From contig CAVXGK010000002.1 in assembly GCA_963761305.1 (NCBI GenBank), forward strand, positions 3,264,001 to 3,328,000: a stretch of 64,000 nucleotides of DNA. Reading direction: 5' to 3'. The notes beneath the pieces are model-generated. The model was not told the origin of the DNA. It was given only the letters and a program-made list of their open reading frames with translations, and searched no databases. Made by a program: the position numbers and the translations under genes. This DNA is from an uncultured Gemmatimonadaceae bacterium (lineage in GTDB: Bacteria; Gemmatimonadota; Gemmatimonadetes; Gemmatimonadales; Gemmatimonadaceae). Shown here one piece after another: positions 27,880-38,273 of the stretch (position 1 is its first letter; each line of letters begins with the position of its first letter).

Positions 27880-29052
27880 TCACGGATTGCCCGGCTTCGG
27901 GTCGTTGAGCGACACGCCGCTCGAGTGATAGGGCGCGAATCCCTTGCCCCAATCAACGCCGACGACTTCGATGTTGAATCGCTCGCCGTCCACGTGCACG
28001 ACGACGTAGTGGAACGGGTTCGCGCCCGGGTCGCTCGACGGCCGCGCGAGGTGTTCGAGCGACACCTTCAGCGCCGCGTTTTCGGCGATGTACGGCCGCA
28101 CATCCGGTTCGCCGCGATACGTGTAGAGCGGTGCGCCACCGCCGCCCGACACGATTTCGTCGATGCGATACGCACCGCTCGCGTCGCTATACCGCTCCAC
28201 CCAGTGCTCGAAAAGATGTTCGTGGCCCGTGAGCAGCAGCCGGACGTGATATTGGTGGAAGAGCGGCATCCATTTCGCGCGGATCGAGGCCGCCTGTCGC
28301 TCGAGCGTCGATCCGCCGTGCGGTCCGGACGAAAACGGCGGATGGTGGAAGAAGACGGCGACGTTCGGGTATCGCCGGCGGTCGACACCGGCAAGTTGCG
28401 ATCGCATCCAGGCGATTTGTGTCGTGTCGTCCGGAATGTCGGAGTCGACGGCGATGAAATAGGTATTGCCGTATCCGAATGCGTACGTCGGATAGCCCGC
28501 CAGCCGGCGCGGCGACCCTTCCGGCGGGATGAGCTTGGCGTTCGCCGCGAAATAGTTTCGCAGGCCGGCGACGCGCCGGGCATTCGTCAGATCGACAGCG
28601 TTGCCGACGTCGTGATTTCCAACGGCGAGGAAATACGGTACGTCGCCGTCCTGCATCAGCCGGTTGATCAGTGGCGCGTAGCTGACATTCGTCTGGGCGG
28701 CGATGCTCCCGTCCTGGATCGCGTCGCCGCTCTGCACGACGAAACGAATCGGGTCGGACGCGGCGGCCGCCTTCTTGATCGTCGACAGCATCGATTCGAC
28801 GACCAGCTGATGCTCGGCTTGCAGCTGGGTTCCGTCGTGGCGGCCGCGCGTGTCACCATACATGATGAACGAGAAGCGCGTCACGCTCGCCGTCGCGTTT
28901 TCGGAAGGGAACCGCGTTCGCGGCGGTACGAGTGCAGCGACGGAGTCCGACGGCGCGGGAACCTGACCGGCCAGAGCTCCAGCGAACACAGCCAGCGACG
29001 CGAGCGAAAGCGCGATGTGGCGAGATCTCAAAACGGAAGTCATCGTGACCAT
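27880..29052 (-). CDS. Secreted metallophosphoesterase (calcineurin-like/purple acid phosphatase type)
   Basis: YGDTRG, SGDAI, GNHD, HHPP and GHEH metal-binding motifs; signal peptide after ATG 29052 or 29043. Confidence 0.9.
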   Translation of the reverse strand: MVTMTSVLRSRHIALSLASLAVFAGALAGQVPAPSDSVAALVPPRTRFPSENATASVTRFSFIMYGDTRGRHDGTQLQAEHQLVVESMLSTIKKAAAASDPIRFVVQSGDAIQDGSIAAQTNVSYAPLINRLMQDGDVPYFLAVGNHDVGNAVDLTNARRVAGLRNYFAANAKLIPPEGSPRRLAGYPTYAFGYGNTYFIAVDSDIPDDTTQIAWMRSQLAGVDRRRYPNVAVFFHHPPFSSGPHGGSTLERQAASIRAKWMPLFHQYHVRLLLTGHEHLFEHWVERYSDASGAYRIDEIVSGGGGAPLYTYRGEPDVRPYIAENAALKVSLEHLARPSSDPGANPFHYVVVHVDGERFNIEVVGVDWGKGFAPYHSSGVSLNDPKPGNP

Positions 29053-29228
29053 CGATGCGAAGGGATGAGGACGAAACGCGTGTCGCTCACTCTTGCGATC
29101 GATGGGCGTGCACGCGTCACGCGGTGGCAACACCCGCGTAACAGCGCCCCACCGCGGGATGCTCAGACCTTCTTGAGATCCCGATGGCGACGACCCGACG
29201 ACCGGGGTTCGACGCGTCGTGGCCACCG

Positions 29229-29244
29229 TGGCGTCATGGTTGCA
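29229..29244 (+). promoter_or_regulatory. Candidate sigma-54 (-24/-12) promoter
   Basis: TGGCGTCATGGTTGCA fits GG-N10-GC, about 38 nt upstream of GTG 29282. Confidence 0.5.
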
Positions 29245-29281
29245 CTAGCACCGGCGCAGTTGGAACGTGCGAGGTGCTGCC

Positions 29282-29539
29282 GTGGCCGAAGTGCTCATCG
29301 ATTTCGACGCAAGGATCGTCGCTCCCGATGGACGACGATGGACTCCGCGCGCGTGCGGCGGCGTCGCCGATGATGGCTTGTGGGAAGGGTGGATCGAGTT
29401 CGCCTCGACCGACGGCGCCGATCGCGTTCGGACGCCGCGAGAAACCGAACAGCCCAATCGTCAGGACCTCACGTACTGGGCGACCGGCCTGACGGAGGTT
29501 TACCTCGAGGGCGCGTTGCGGCGGGCGCTCACGCTCTGA
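29282..29539 (+). CDS. Small hypothetical protein
   Basis: GAGG SD then GTG; Trp-rich WEGWIEF...RETEQPN...YWATGLTEVYLEGAL sequence looks like a real protein. Confidence 0.72.
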   Translation: MAEVLIDFDARIVAPDGRRWTPRACGGVADDGLWEGWIEFASTDGADRVRTPRETEQPNRQDLTYWATGLTEVYLEGALRRALTL

Positions 29540-30339
29540 GCGTCTCCGTAACGCTCCGGCGCGTACCGCATGGCAAGGGCTCCCGTCGCGAGCTCGGTGT
29601 CGATCGACTGTACGAGCACTCCCTCGGTACCATACGGCAGAAATGCCTGGCAGCGCCCCGACGGATCGATGAGCGCCGTCGCCGATTCCTGAAACGGAAC
29701 CGCGTAATTCACGCTGGCGAAGTAGATGCCGTTCTCGATGCTGCGGCACATCATCGCTTTCTCGTAGTACGGCGCGTTGGCTGAACCCCATTCGGTGAGA
29801 TGCGCACCGTTCGTGTGCACGCCCGTGAGCTGCGGGTGGAAGACGATCTTCGCCCCGCGCGTCGCAGCCCAGCGCACCGTCTCCGGGTAGCGCCACCCTT
29901 CGTGGCAGATCACGACGCCGAATGTCACGCCATTCACCTCGAACACCTGTCGCGTGTTGCCCGGGACATAGAACGGATCTTCCGTCGTATCGAGCTGATT
30001 CTTCGTTTGAATTCCCTGAAGCTTGCCTTGCGCATCGATCACGAATGACGCGATCTGCCGTCCGCCGTCGACGATTCGCTCCATGCCGAGGATGACGGCG
30101 ATGGCGTAGGTGCGCGCCCATTGGGACACCGCGGCGAGCGCGCGTCTGTGCTCGCCGGCATCGAACGGCGGCACCTCGAAGTCCTGTCCGCGCAGGCCCG
30201 GCAAGTACGCCTCGGGGAAACACACGAGCAGCGCACCGCGGGCGGACGCGTCGGCCATCAGGCGCCGAACCCTCGCCAGCCCGTCGTCGACCGAGGACGC
30301 GACACGAGGGGACGCCAACGCGATGATCAACGCACTCAT
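29500..30339 (-). CDS. Carbon-nitrogen hydrolase (nitrilase/amidase superfamily)
   Basis: Catalytic triad motifs FPE, QTKNQL and ICHEG; ATG 30339. Confidence 0.9.
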   Translation of the reverse strand: MSALIIALASPRVASSVDDGLARVRRLMADASARGALLVCFPEAYLPGLRGQDFEVPPFDAGEHRRALAAVSQWARTYAIAVILGMERIVDGGRQIASFVIDAQGKLQGIQTKNQLDTTEDPFYVPGNTRQVFEVNGVTFGVVICHEGWRYPETVRWAATRGAKIVFHPQLTGVHTNGAHLTEWGSANAPYYEKAMMCRSIENGIYFASVNYAVPFQESATALIDPSGRCQAFLPYGTEGVLVQSIDTELATGALAMRYAPERYGDAQSVSARRNAPSR

Positions 30340-30456
30340 GACCGCCTGAATGTGCGGCCTGACGGGCACGGCGCAAGGCGCAACGCCGTTCCTTGACGCT
30401 GCCCGCGTCGGGGTCGGATAGTTGAGGACCTCGAACCCGCACAGCTCGCCAGACAC

Positions 30457-32217
30457 ATGCCGGCCATCCTGAACCATCAACGGGCACTTCGCGCGCGAAT
30501 CGCGCGATCGATCGCCAGCATCGCGATCCTCACCGTCGCATCATCCCCATCCGCGCTGAAGGCGCAGTCGCCCGACTCGACCCACTTTTCCTGCGACGGC
30601 AAGACGATCACAGGCATCGACATCGAGTCGCAGCCGCCGGCGATCGTCGGTCGCGATCCGTCGGCCGTTCGCCGCGCGATGCAGCACGTGCTCTTTCAGC
30701 ACGGGACCACGCACGAGGGACGCATCCGTGCGTTCCTGCTCGCGCACGTGGACGAAAAATGCTCGGACGATCTGCTCCCCGAGGTCTCGCGCGTCATCCG
30801 CGCCGAACCCTACATCGCCTCGGCGACGGTCACGGCCGTAAGCGACGGCGCCGACGGCGTGCGACTCAAAGTCGAGACCGTGGACGAAGTTCCGGTGATC
30901 GCCGGCGGTGGCATCACGAAGGGCGGCCTGTCGAACGTGAAGTACGGCAACTCGAACGTCGGCGGCTCCGGGCTGCTCGCCGCCGGGCAGTGGCGCAACG
31001 GCGGCGAGTATCGCGACGGCCTGACGTTCACGATGCGACAATTCGGCTTCCTCGATCAGCCGGTCGTCGCCGAGGCGACCGAAGATCGCGAACCGCTCGG
31101 CGGAAGCTTCAGCGCCGACGTTACCCGGCCCTTCTTGAGCGATCTCGAACACATCGCCTGGTACATGGGCGGCACGCACGAGAACGCGTATCGCTCGTTC
31201 GTTCGTCCGGCGGCGCCGAGCTTCGTGCTCCCGGTCGCACGCGACGTCTGGTCGACCGGCGCCGTCGCGCGGTATTCGTGGCGATCGACGGGACTCATGA
31301 TCGGGCCCGTCGTCACCTACGAGCACGCTCGACCCGGCAGCGAGGCGTTCGTCGCGTCGGACAGCGGACTCTTGCTTGGCGACACGACGACGTTCAAAAA
31401 TCGGTACACACCCTATCGCACGTTCCGCGGCGGCCTCGCCGCCGGCCTGCGCTGGATCGACTACATGCGCGTCAGCGGATTCGACGCGCTGCTGGGCGAA
31501 CAGGATGTCGCGCGCGGCTTCCAGCTGTCGGGCACCGTCGAGCGCGGGCTCGGTCTCGCCGGCGCAACCGATAAGACGTCGCTCGTGTCGCTGGACCTGT
31601 ATTCGGGAGCAGGAACGCCGAAATCGTTCATCGGCCTGGCGATGCAGGGCGAAGAGCTGCCCGCCGGCGGCGGGGACTCGTGGAGCGCCGGCGTGCTGAG
31701 CGGACGCTCGGCGTGGTACTTCAAGCCGAGTGACGGCGCGACGTTCGTGGCAAGCGCCGAATTCGCCGGCGGCTGGCGCGAGCGCTTGCCGCTCCAACTC
31801 ACGCTCGGTGATCCGGTGAACGGAATTCGCGGCTACAACGGCTCTGATCTCGCCGGCGGTCGTCGCGCCGTGGTGCGACTCGAGGAACGCCAGAACCGAT
31901 TTGCCACGGGACACTACTCGCAGTGGGGCACCGCGTTCTTCGCCGACATCGGCAAGACGTGGGCGGGCGACGTTCCTTTCGGCCAGACGACTGTGGCACG
32001 GGCGAGCGTCGGCGTGAGCCTTCTTGCCGCCGTCCCACCGACGTCGCGCCGAATGATTCGCGCGGACCTCGCCGTTCCAGTGACCGGCGATGCCCCCAAG
32101 CACTTCGTGATCCGCGTGTACGCCGTCGACATGACGCGCCTTTTCTGGCGCGATCCGGGCGATCTCGCGCCGGTGAGAGCGGGCGCTCCGACCCGGTCGA
32201 TCTTCGGATGGCAGTGA
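30457..32217 (+). CDS. Outer membrane protein, Omp85/BamA-TamA-like (POTRA-like N-terminus plus beta-barrel)
   Basis: Signal peptide; EVSRVIRAEPYI POTRA-like segment; IRGY motif; FADIGKTW and IRADLAVP strands. Confidence 0.7.
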   Translation: MPAILNHQRALRARIARSIASIAILTVASSPSALKAQSPDSTHFSCDGKTITGIDIESQPPAIVGRDPSAVRRAMQHVLFQHGTTHEGRIRAFLLAHVDEKCSDDLLPEVSRVIRAEPYIASATVTAVSDGADGVRLKVETVDEVPVIAGGGITKGGLSNVKYGNSNVGGSGLLAAGQWRNGGEYRDGLTFTMRQFGFLDQPVVAEATEDREPLGGSFSADVTRPFLSDLEHIAWYMGGTHENAYRSFVRPAAPSFVLPVARDVWSTGAVARYSWRSTGLMIGPVVTYEHARPGSEAFVASDSGLLLGDTTTFKNRYTPYRTFRGGLAAGLRWIDYMRVSGFDALLGEQDVARGFQLSGTVERGLGLAGATDKTSLVSLDLYSGAGTPKSFIGLAMQGEELPAGGGDSWSAGVLSGRSAWYFKPSDGATFVASAEFAGGWRERLPLQLTLGDPVNGIRGYNGSDLAGGRRAVVRLEERQNRFATGHYSQWGTAFFADIGKTWAGDVPFGQTTVARASVGVSLLAAVPPTSRRMIRADLAVPVTGDAPKHFVIRVYAVDMTRLFWRDPGDLAPVRAGAPTRSIFGWQ

Positions 32218-32235
32218 GCCCTGCCCGCTCGGCCG

Positions 32236-32272
32236 CGGCTGACGGCTGACTGTTACCCGCCGCCGTCAGCCG
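32236..32272. terminator. Hairpin between convergent genes
   Basis: CGGCTGACGGC / GCCGTCAGCCG 11-bp stem. Confidence 0.5.
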
Positions 32273-32284
32273 AGCTCTGCGCGA

Positions 32285-32914
32285 TTACGGCTTGACCATC
32301 TTGGGCGGGCCGTCGGCGAACGTGTAACCGTAGCCCGTCTTCGGGCACTTCACGGCCGAATTCGTCGCGCTGAACATGCCGTTCGGATTGTCCTTGAAAA
32401 GCCAAACGTGCAGGTCCCAGTGGTGCAGCTCGGCCGGCATGATCGGGGCGTGTCCTTCCATTGGCCCCATGAGCTGGTGGCCAAGGATCGTCGGCGGCGT
32501 CTTCGACACTTCCGTCGGCACGAACCACTCGGCGCCAGTGAGCACGAGCTTGTCGCCCACGGGTTCGTAGAGAAGAACCTGCGGCTTGGTCGAGTCGAGT
32601 TTGGGGCTCACGTACGACATGTTGATGAAATGGACGCCCATTGCGCCCGGCTTGTATTCCATGGCGCCGTGTTCAGTGCCGCCGGTCGGGAAATCCACAC
32701 AGCCGACCGTCGAGTAGTAGCCGTCGCGCACCGCGGCGATGGGATCTTTGTACTTCTCGAGCGCCTTTCGCACCGCGGTGATCGCCTGGACGTTCGTGAC
32801 GGTCGAACCCTGTTGCTTCGCTTGCGCACCGAGAATCGCCGGAGCGGCGGTCGCCAGTGCGGCAATCGTCACGCACGCCGTGGCAGAGAGTGACCGCGTG
32901 TGTCCATTCCGCAT
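32285..32914 (-). CDS. Secreted hypothetical protein, His/Met-rich
   Basis: Signal peptide; GAMGVHF, PQVLLYEP and WDLHVWLFKDNPNGMF motifs. Confidence 0.8.
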   Translation of the reverse strand: MRNGHTRSLSATACVTIAALATAAPAILGAQAKQQGSTVTNVQAITAVRKALEKYKDPIAAVRDGYYSTVGCVDFPTGGTEHGAMEYKPGAMGVHFINMSYVSPKLDSTKPQVLLYEPVGDKLVLTGAEWFVPTEVSKTPPTILGHQLMGPMEGHAPIMPAELHHWDLHVWLFKDNPNGMFSATNSAVKCPKTGYGYTFADGPPKMVKP

Positions 32915-32969
32915 CGAAGGACCCCTAAAAGTTTGTGAACACGGAGCATCCCGAGAATCCGGGCGTAAG

Positions 32970-33968
32970 TCAAGTCGTTGAGAAAAACGTTTCAGCGATC
33001 AACTCGCGAAGTTCGGCCACGATCGCGTCCGGAACGTCGTCTCGGGTCAGCAGCTCGCAGAGTGCCGGCAAATCGGCCAGCCGCGCGCGGAGAAACCAAT
33101 GGTCGGGCGCGCTCCAGCCGCCGGCCGCGAGCCCGCGCGAGAAATACGGTTCGTAGCGCGATTGGCCCGGCCGCTCGTAGCGAAGCATGTTGCCGACGTC
33201 GGCGAGCACCGACCCGGCGAACGCGAACTCCCAATCGAGAATGGCTGCGACCGCCCAACGGCCGCCCCGCTCGGCGACGAGGATGTTCGGCGAGTTGAAG
33301 TCGCCGTGCACCAACCAGACCGGATCGTTCACCGCGGGGTGCAGCGGCTCCGTCGCGCGCAGGAAGTCGTGCAAACGTCGCCGAAGTGAAGCATCCAGAC
33401 GCTCGCGAAACAGCGGCGACGCAACGAAGTGTTCGACGACGCCCGCGAGCGGGGCGCCCGTGAATGGGCCGTCGTCCACGGCAAGCTCCGGTGACAGCAG
33501 TCCAGATCTTTGAAACCGATGCCGCGCCAGTCGTGGCAGCATTTGTCCCGCGTCGGCCGTGGCCTCGGTGACACCATTCAGGTTGCCGCGCCGTCTCAAC
33601 TCTCTGAGCGAGATTCCGTCGATGAACTCGAGCAGGCAAAACGGCGGATACCCGGGCGCGCCGCCGGTCTCGGCGAAGACGACCGTTGGTACCGGCACGT
33701 CGCCGCGCACGAGCTCCAGCACCCGCACTTCCTTGGCGCACGACGCCGGCGTTCGATCGTAGAAACGAAGGACGAACCGCTCGGCCGACCCCGACAGCCG
33801 GATGCGATAGTTCCAGTTCATGATGCCGCCGGCGAGTGGCTCCGCTTCGACCACCGCGCGCCCGCCACGCCAGGCCGCGAGGAGTGCGTCCGCGCTTTCG
33901 AGCGGCAGGTGCGGAGGCGGCGACAAGACCTTCCACGTCGCCTTCTCGGCGAGATTCGGATTCGTCAA
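32970..33968 (-). CDS. Phosphotransferase family protein (APH/choline kinase fold)
   Basis: LAGGIMN, LVHGDFNSPNIL and ILDWEFA motifs; start overlaps the upstream stop. Confidence 0.9.
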   Translation of the reverse strand: MTNPNLAEKATWKVLSPPPHLPLESADALLAAWRGGRAVVEAEPLAGGIMNWNYRIRLSGSAERFVLRFYDRTPASCAKEVRVLELVRGDVPVPTVVFAETGGAPGYPPFCLLEFIDGISLRELRRRGNLNGVTEATADAGQMLPRLARHRFQRSGLLSPELAVDDGPFTGAPLAGVVEHFVASPLFRERLDASLRRRLHDFLRATEPLHPAVNDPVWLVHGDFNSPNILVAERGGRWAVAAILDWEFAFAGSVLADVGNMLRYERPGQSRYEPYFSRGLAAGGWSAPDHWFLRARLADLPALCELLTRDDVPDAIVAELRELIAETFFSTT

Positions 33969-34522
33969 GGAGGCGTGTAAGTCGCCTTGATGCGAACCGG
34001 CACGCCGACCGTTCCCCAGTGAACGCGCATCACCGCTTCATCGCGCAAGACCAACGGAAACTCGATCTCCAACGTCTCCACGTGCGACGCTGTCTCCGTC
34101 GCGACATTCACGCGAAGCACGTCGTCCGCCGAACCCGGATACGGTTTGTGAAACACGTGGGCCGCGCGATTGAAGATCACCGTCCACGGACCGTGCTCGC
34201 GCGGAACGATCCATAGCGAGTACTCGCCCGCCTTGAGCTCGTGTCCCTCGACCAGCACGTCGTGATCGAACGTGACGCGGGTCGCCGAGTCGGCGCCGGG
34301 ATGCCAGACGCTGTCCCACGGCACGAGCTGTCCGAACAGCGGCCGCCCGCGTGCGACCGGCCGTCCGTACGTCACGGCGATCGTCGTGAACGCGACGGAC
34401 TGCGTGATGCTGCCGCGCTGGCTGAACGGATAGCCCTGCGCGACCGCGTCATGGCCTCCGCCGAGTGAGAAGGTGATGCAAAGTGCGGCGCTCGTCCGGC
34501 AGCGGAGGAAGCCAGTTCGCAT
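33965..34522 (-). CDS. DUF2911 domain-containing secreted protein
   Basis: SQRGSITQ, YGRPVARGR, LVPWDSVWHPGAD and GEYSLWIVP signature. Confidence 0.87.
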   Translation of the reverse strand: MRTGFLRCRTSAALCITFSLGGGHDAVAQGYPFSQRGSITQSVAFTTIAVTYGRPVARGRPLFGQLVPWDSVWHPGADSATRVTFDHDVLVEGHELKAGEYSLWIVPREHGPWTVIFNRAAHVFHKPYPGSADDVLRVNVATETASHVETLEIEFPLVLRDEAVMRVHWGTVGVPVRIKATYTPP

Positions 34523-34549
34523 ACCGGTAGAAACTACGTGCCCAGAGGC

Positions 34550-34981
34550 TCAGCGCGCTTCGACGAACCGCTTGAGTCCGTCGAGCACCTGCTGCCAATT
34601 CGCCTTCGAGTGCTCCTTTTCTCTCTCAGTGGTGTTCTTGTCCTGCGTGAGCACGACGTGTGTGCGTCCGCCCTCCGGCGACAGCTCGATCGTCACCGTG
34701 TGGTGGTTCTCCGGCACGTCGGGAAGGCCGGCGAGCGGGCTGAAATGCGTGTACTGGAGCAGGCGCTCCGGTTTTGACTGAACGATGACGCCTCGGTCCT
34801 CGTAGCGCGTTCCTTTCATTTCCCCCGCCCAGGTGATCGGACTTCCCTCGGTCCAATCGGACGTCACCGTCGTGCCGAACATGTATGCCTTGATCGCGGC
34901 GGGAGACACGAGCGCGTTCCACACGTCGCCGGCGCGCGCGTCGATCGTCACGTCCGCTTCCGCCACCAGATTCGTTGGCAT
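34550..34981 (-). CDS. SRPBCC/AHSA1 family ligand-binding protein
   Basis: VWNALVSP, MFGTTVTSDW, LQYTH and NWQQVLDGLKRFVE pattern. Confidence 0.87.
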   Translation of the reverse strand: MPTNLVAEADVTIDARAGDVWNALVSPAAIKAYMFGTTVTSDWTEGSPITWAGEMKGTRYEDRGVIVQSKPERLLQYTHFSPLAGLPDVPENHHTVTIELSPEGGRTHVVLTQDKNTTEREKEHSKANWQQVLDGLKRFVEAR

Positions 34982-35047
34982 CGAACTAGCTCCTCAAAGT
35001 CGTCGTCCGGCGAGCGTGCGAGAACCGTGCTCGTGCCGCTCGCCGTC

Positions 35048-35884
35048 TCAGCGAACCGCGACGCCGCACCAGCAGCGTGCGGGCAGTGTGACGCCGTCCG
35101 CGCGGGTAAACGGAACCAACCGCTCGTCGATCGTCGCGCGGAACGCCTCGCGCTCGGCGTGGGACAGCGCGCGGACGCGCGGGCCGAGCGCCGTCAGCTC
35201 GATGAGAAAATCCCAATAGGCGTTCGCGTCGGCGAACCGCCACGCCATGTCGACGGGCTCGAGGCGCGTCGACGCGAAGCCGGCGCCGTCGAGCAACGAC
35301 TGCAATCGCGCGCGGTCGCCGAGCGCGAGGATTCCCGGCTGCCATTCGCCCGTCGGTCGCGGCAGATGGCCGGCTTCAATCAACGCGCGCGCCGGGAGGG
35401 ACGCGAACGGATTGTCCTCCGGACCCGTGAACACGGCGAACACGAAGCGCCCGCCTGACTTGAGCACACGGCGACACTCGCGCAGGGCCGCCGCGGGGTC
35501 GGGCATGAGCATGATGCCCCAGCGACAGATCACACTGTCGAACGTCGCGTCGCTCACGTCCATCGCCTGGGCGTCGAGCACGCGGTAGTCGGCGTTCGTG
35601 ATCCCGAGCTCGGCTCCTCGCTTGCGGGCCGCCTCGACCATGTCTGGCGACAAGTCCGTCGACACCAGCCGCCCGTTGCCGAGGTGCTTGGCCGCCAAGA
35701 ACCCGGTGTCGCCCGGACCGGCGGCGATCTCCAGAACGCGCTGCCCGCTCTTCGGCTCGAGGTTCCTCACGAGCCACTCGTGAATGGGTCGCGACGATGC
35801 CAGCAGCGACTCGCGCTGATCGAACCACGCCTTCGCCTGGCTGTCCCAATCCTTACGAATCTGTTCGGTTGCGCCACCGGTCAT
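35048..35884 (-). CDS. Class I SAM-dependent methyltransferase
   Basis: VLEIAAGPGDTG motif I; TDLSPDM, FDSVIC and RVLKSGG motifs. Confidence 0.92.
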   Translation of the reverse strand: MTGGATEQIRKDWDSQAKAWFDQRESLLASSRPIHEWLVRNLEPKSGQRVLEIAAGPGDTGFLAAKHLGNGRLVSTDLSPDMVEAARKRGAELGITNADYRVLDAQAMDVSDATFDSVICRWGIMLMPDPAAALRECRRVLKSGGRFVFAVFTGPEDNPFASLPARALIEAGHLPRPTGEWQPGILALGDRARLQSLLDGAGFASTRLEPVDMAWRFADANAYWDFLIELTALGPRVRALSHAEREAFRATIDERLVPFTRADGVTLPARCWCGVAVR

Positions 35885-35926
35885 TGAGATCTCTTAATTC
35901 GCGAATGGTTCGTGTGGACGGCTTCT

Positions 35927-35954
35927 TAGACGTCATAGAACCTGTCGACGTCCC
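35927..35954 (-). promoter_or_regulatory. Candidate ECF sigma promoter for the methyltransferase gene run
   Basis: Minus strand GGGAC-N17-CGTCTA, about 40 nt before the ATG. Confidence 0.35.
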
Positions 35955-36071
35955 TCGGTCGCCCACAACGCCCGAGCGAAAACGCCCGACGGCTGGCTCG
36001 TGTTCCGGCTGAACGAGTTGCCCGCTCCCCGAGTTCCGTCACCCTCGGCAGGTCCGCTCGTCATCTAAGGT

Positions 36072-38234
36072 ATGGGTACGTCCATCCGGCTCCCCGTCCC
36101 GAGACTGCCTCAGGAACCGCTTGCCCGGTTCCGGTTCATGTCGGTGTGTTTCGCCGCAACGCTGGCGTTCTTCCACACCGTCCTGTTCACCATCGACCAA
36201 GACCTCCCAAGCTCGCTCCGGTGGGAGGAAGCCGCGGCGGCGGCGACGCTCGGCACGTGGTGGATCTACGGATACCGCCGCGGGCGATTCCCGGTCGCCG
36301 GCTGGCTGGTCGACATGACGCTCGTGCTGGTCGTGGCCGCCGTGTCGCCGATGCCGTCGGACGCGATCGCGCTCTTTTTCGGCGGCCTCCAATTCCGCTC
36401 GCTCTTCGTGCCGCGGCGACAGCTCGGGTACCTCATCGTTTCGTATTCAGTCGCTCGCGTCGGATCGACGGCGTTGTGGTACTCGAATGGACACATCACG
36501 TACAGTCCGCTCTCGCCGAATTCGCTGATCTCCGTGCTCGGACTCACGATCATCGCCGTGAGTCTCCACCTCTTCGTCGAAGCGACGCAACGACAATCGA
36601 CGATGGCGCGGGATCTCGCACGCAGCGACGAACGCTATCGGCTGGTCGCCCGCGCGACGCGCGACGTCGTGTACGATTGGCACGTCGCGACCGGCACGAT
36701 CGTGTGGACCGAGTCGATGCAGTCCGTCTTCGGTTACGCGCCCGAGGAAATCGGCGACGGCGCGTGGTGGCTCGAGCGGGTTCATCCCGCCGACCGCGAG
36801 ACGCTGCAACACGCCGTCGAAGCCGCGGTGACCGATCCCGCGACGTCCATCGGCGCCGTGCAGTACCGCGTCCGACGCGCCGACCAACATTACGCGTACG
36901 TCTCGGGAAGTCTGATCGTTCAACGCGCGGCGGACGGCACCGCCGAGCGCGTGATCGGCTCCATTCGCGACGTCACCAGCGAGCATCTCCTCGAGGAGCG
37001 CCTCCGCCAAGCGCAGAAGATGGAAGCCGTCGGACAGCTCGCCGGCGGCGTCGCCCACGACTTCAACAACCTGCTCACCGTCATCGGCGGGCACGTGTAC
37101 ATGCTCGAGCGAGCATTGGGTTCCGCCACACACGGATCCGGCGACGCATCGGCTACGGCCAAGCATGTCGCCGGCATCACCCGCGCCACTGATCGCGCCG
37201 CGTCGCTCACTCGGCAACTGCTCGCGTTCGGACGCAAACAGCTGCTCTCGCCGTCGGTGCTGGATGTGAACGCGATCGTCGACGACACGCTCCATATGAT
37301 GCGGCCGGCGCTCGGCGAACGCGTCAAGGTCATCACGCGGCTCGAGCGCGGCCTGTCGCCCGTGTACGCCGACGCGGGGCAATTGGGTCAGGTGCTCGTG
37401 AATCTCGCGCTCAACGCGCGTGACGCGATGCAGGCGACAAATGGCGGTACGCTGACCATCGAGACGGAGAACACGACGCTCGACGACGAAACCGAAGCGG
37501 CCGCCGACGACGCGAGCGCGTCCGGCGGTGGGCTGGCGGCCGGAGATTACGTGCGTCTCACGGTGCGCGATACCGGCACCGGCATGGACGCTGCGACGCT
37601 CGCGCGCGCATTCGAGCCGTTCTTCACCACCAAGCCGCACGGTCGCGGGACTGGCCTCGGACTCGCGACGGTCTACGGAATCGTCAAACAATCTTCCGGC
37701 GACATCCAGGCCGAGAGTACCCCGGGCGCCGGCTCGACGTTCGCGATCGTTCTTCCCGTCGCAACGGCGGAACGTCGCCGCTCGGCTCGCGCCGTCGACG
37801 CCGACCATGGCCCGGCCGCGATCTCGTTCCCGGATACGACATCACGCCCCGGCCACCGCGGCGTGTTGCTCGTCGAAGACAACGCCGGCGTGCGCACGTT
37901 CGCCGCCGAGGTGCTGTCGCAGGCGGGATACGACGTGCGTTCGGCTCGTCATGGTGCCGAGGCACTCGAGCTGATGCGAAAATACGAATCGTCGATCGAC
38001 GTGGTCGTGACCGACGTCGTGATGCCGGAGATGGGCGGCCGGGCGCTCGTCGATCAGCTTCGCAAGCGGCGCCCGCATCTGCCGGTTCTGTACATCACCG
38101 GCTACACCGACGACGCGTCGATGCTCGAGGAGCTCAAGTCGGCCGGCGCGCGCATGCTGGAGAAGCCGTTCACCGCCGGAGCGTTGGCCGAAGCGGTCGC
38201 CTTGCTCGGAACTCCGCTCGCCAAGGCGAGCTGA
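36072..38234 (+). CDS. Membrane-bound hybrid sensor histidine kinase (multi-TM, PAS, HisKA, HATPase, receiver)
   Basis: Several N-terminal TM helices; PAS motif [18 protein letters not shown]-box; NARDAM and GTGLGLA; receiver LLVEDN...TDVVMP...KPF. Confidence 0.94.
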   Translation: MGTSIRLPVPRLPQEPLARFRFMSVCFAATLAFFHTVLFTIDQDLPSSLRWEEAAAAATLGTWWIYGYRRGRFPVAGWLVDMTLVLVVAAVSPMPSDAIALFFGGLQFRSLFVPRRQLGYLIVSYSVARVGSTALWYSNGHITYSPLSPNSLISVLGLTIIAVSLHLFVEATQRQSTMARDLARSDERYRLVARATRDVVYDWHVATGTIVWTESMQSVFGYAPEEIGDGAWWLERVHPADRETLQHAVEAAVTDPATSIGAVQYRVRRADQHYAYVSGSLIVQRAADGTAERVIGSIRDVTSEHLLEERLRQAQKMEAVGQLAGGVAHDFNNLLTVIGGHVYMLERALGSATHGSGDASATAKHVAGITRATDRAASLTRQLLAFGRKQLLSPSVLDVNAIVDDTLHMMRPALGERVKVITRLERGLSPVYADAGQLGQVLVNLALNARDAMQATNGGTLTIETENTTLDDETEAAADDASASGGGLAAGDYVRLTVRDTGTGMDAATLARAFEPFFTTKPHGRGTGLGLATVYGIVKQSSGDIQAESTPGAGSTFAIVLPVATAERRRSARAVDADHGPAAISFPDTTSRPGHRGVLLVEDNAGVRTFAAEVLSQAGYDVRSARHGAEALELMRKYESSIDVVVTDVVMPEMGGRALVDQLRKRRPHLPVLYITGYTDDASMLEELKSAGARMLEKPFTAGALAEAVALLGTPLAKAS

Positions 38235-38273
38235 CAGCGCCGGCTAGCCGCTGGCCGACAGTAGGCACAGCCG

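Noticed and set aside
27616..29373. 585-aa plus-strand ORF
   Set aside because: Antisense shadow of the metallophosphoesterase gene
32970..33968. Aminoglycoside resistance gene
   Set aside because: Only generic APH/choline-kinase fold motifs are visible; the substrate cannot be assigned
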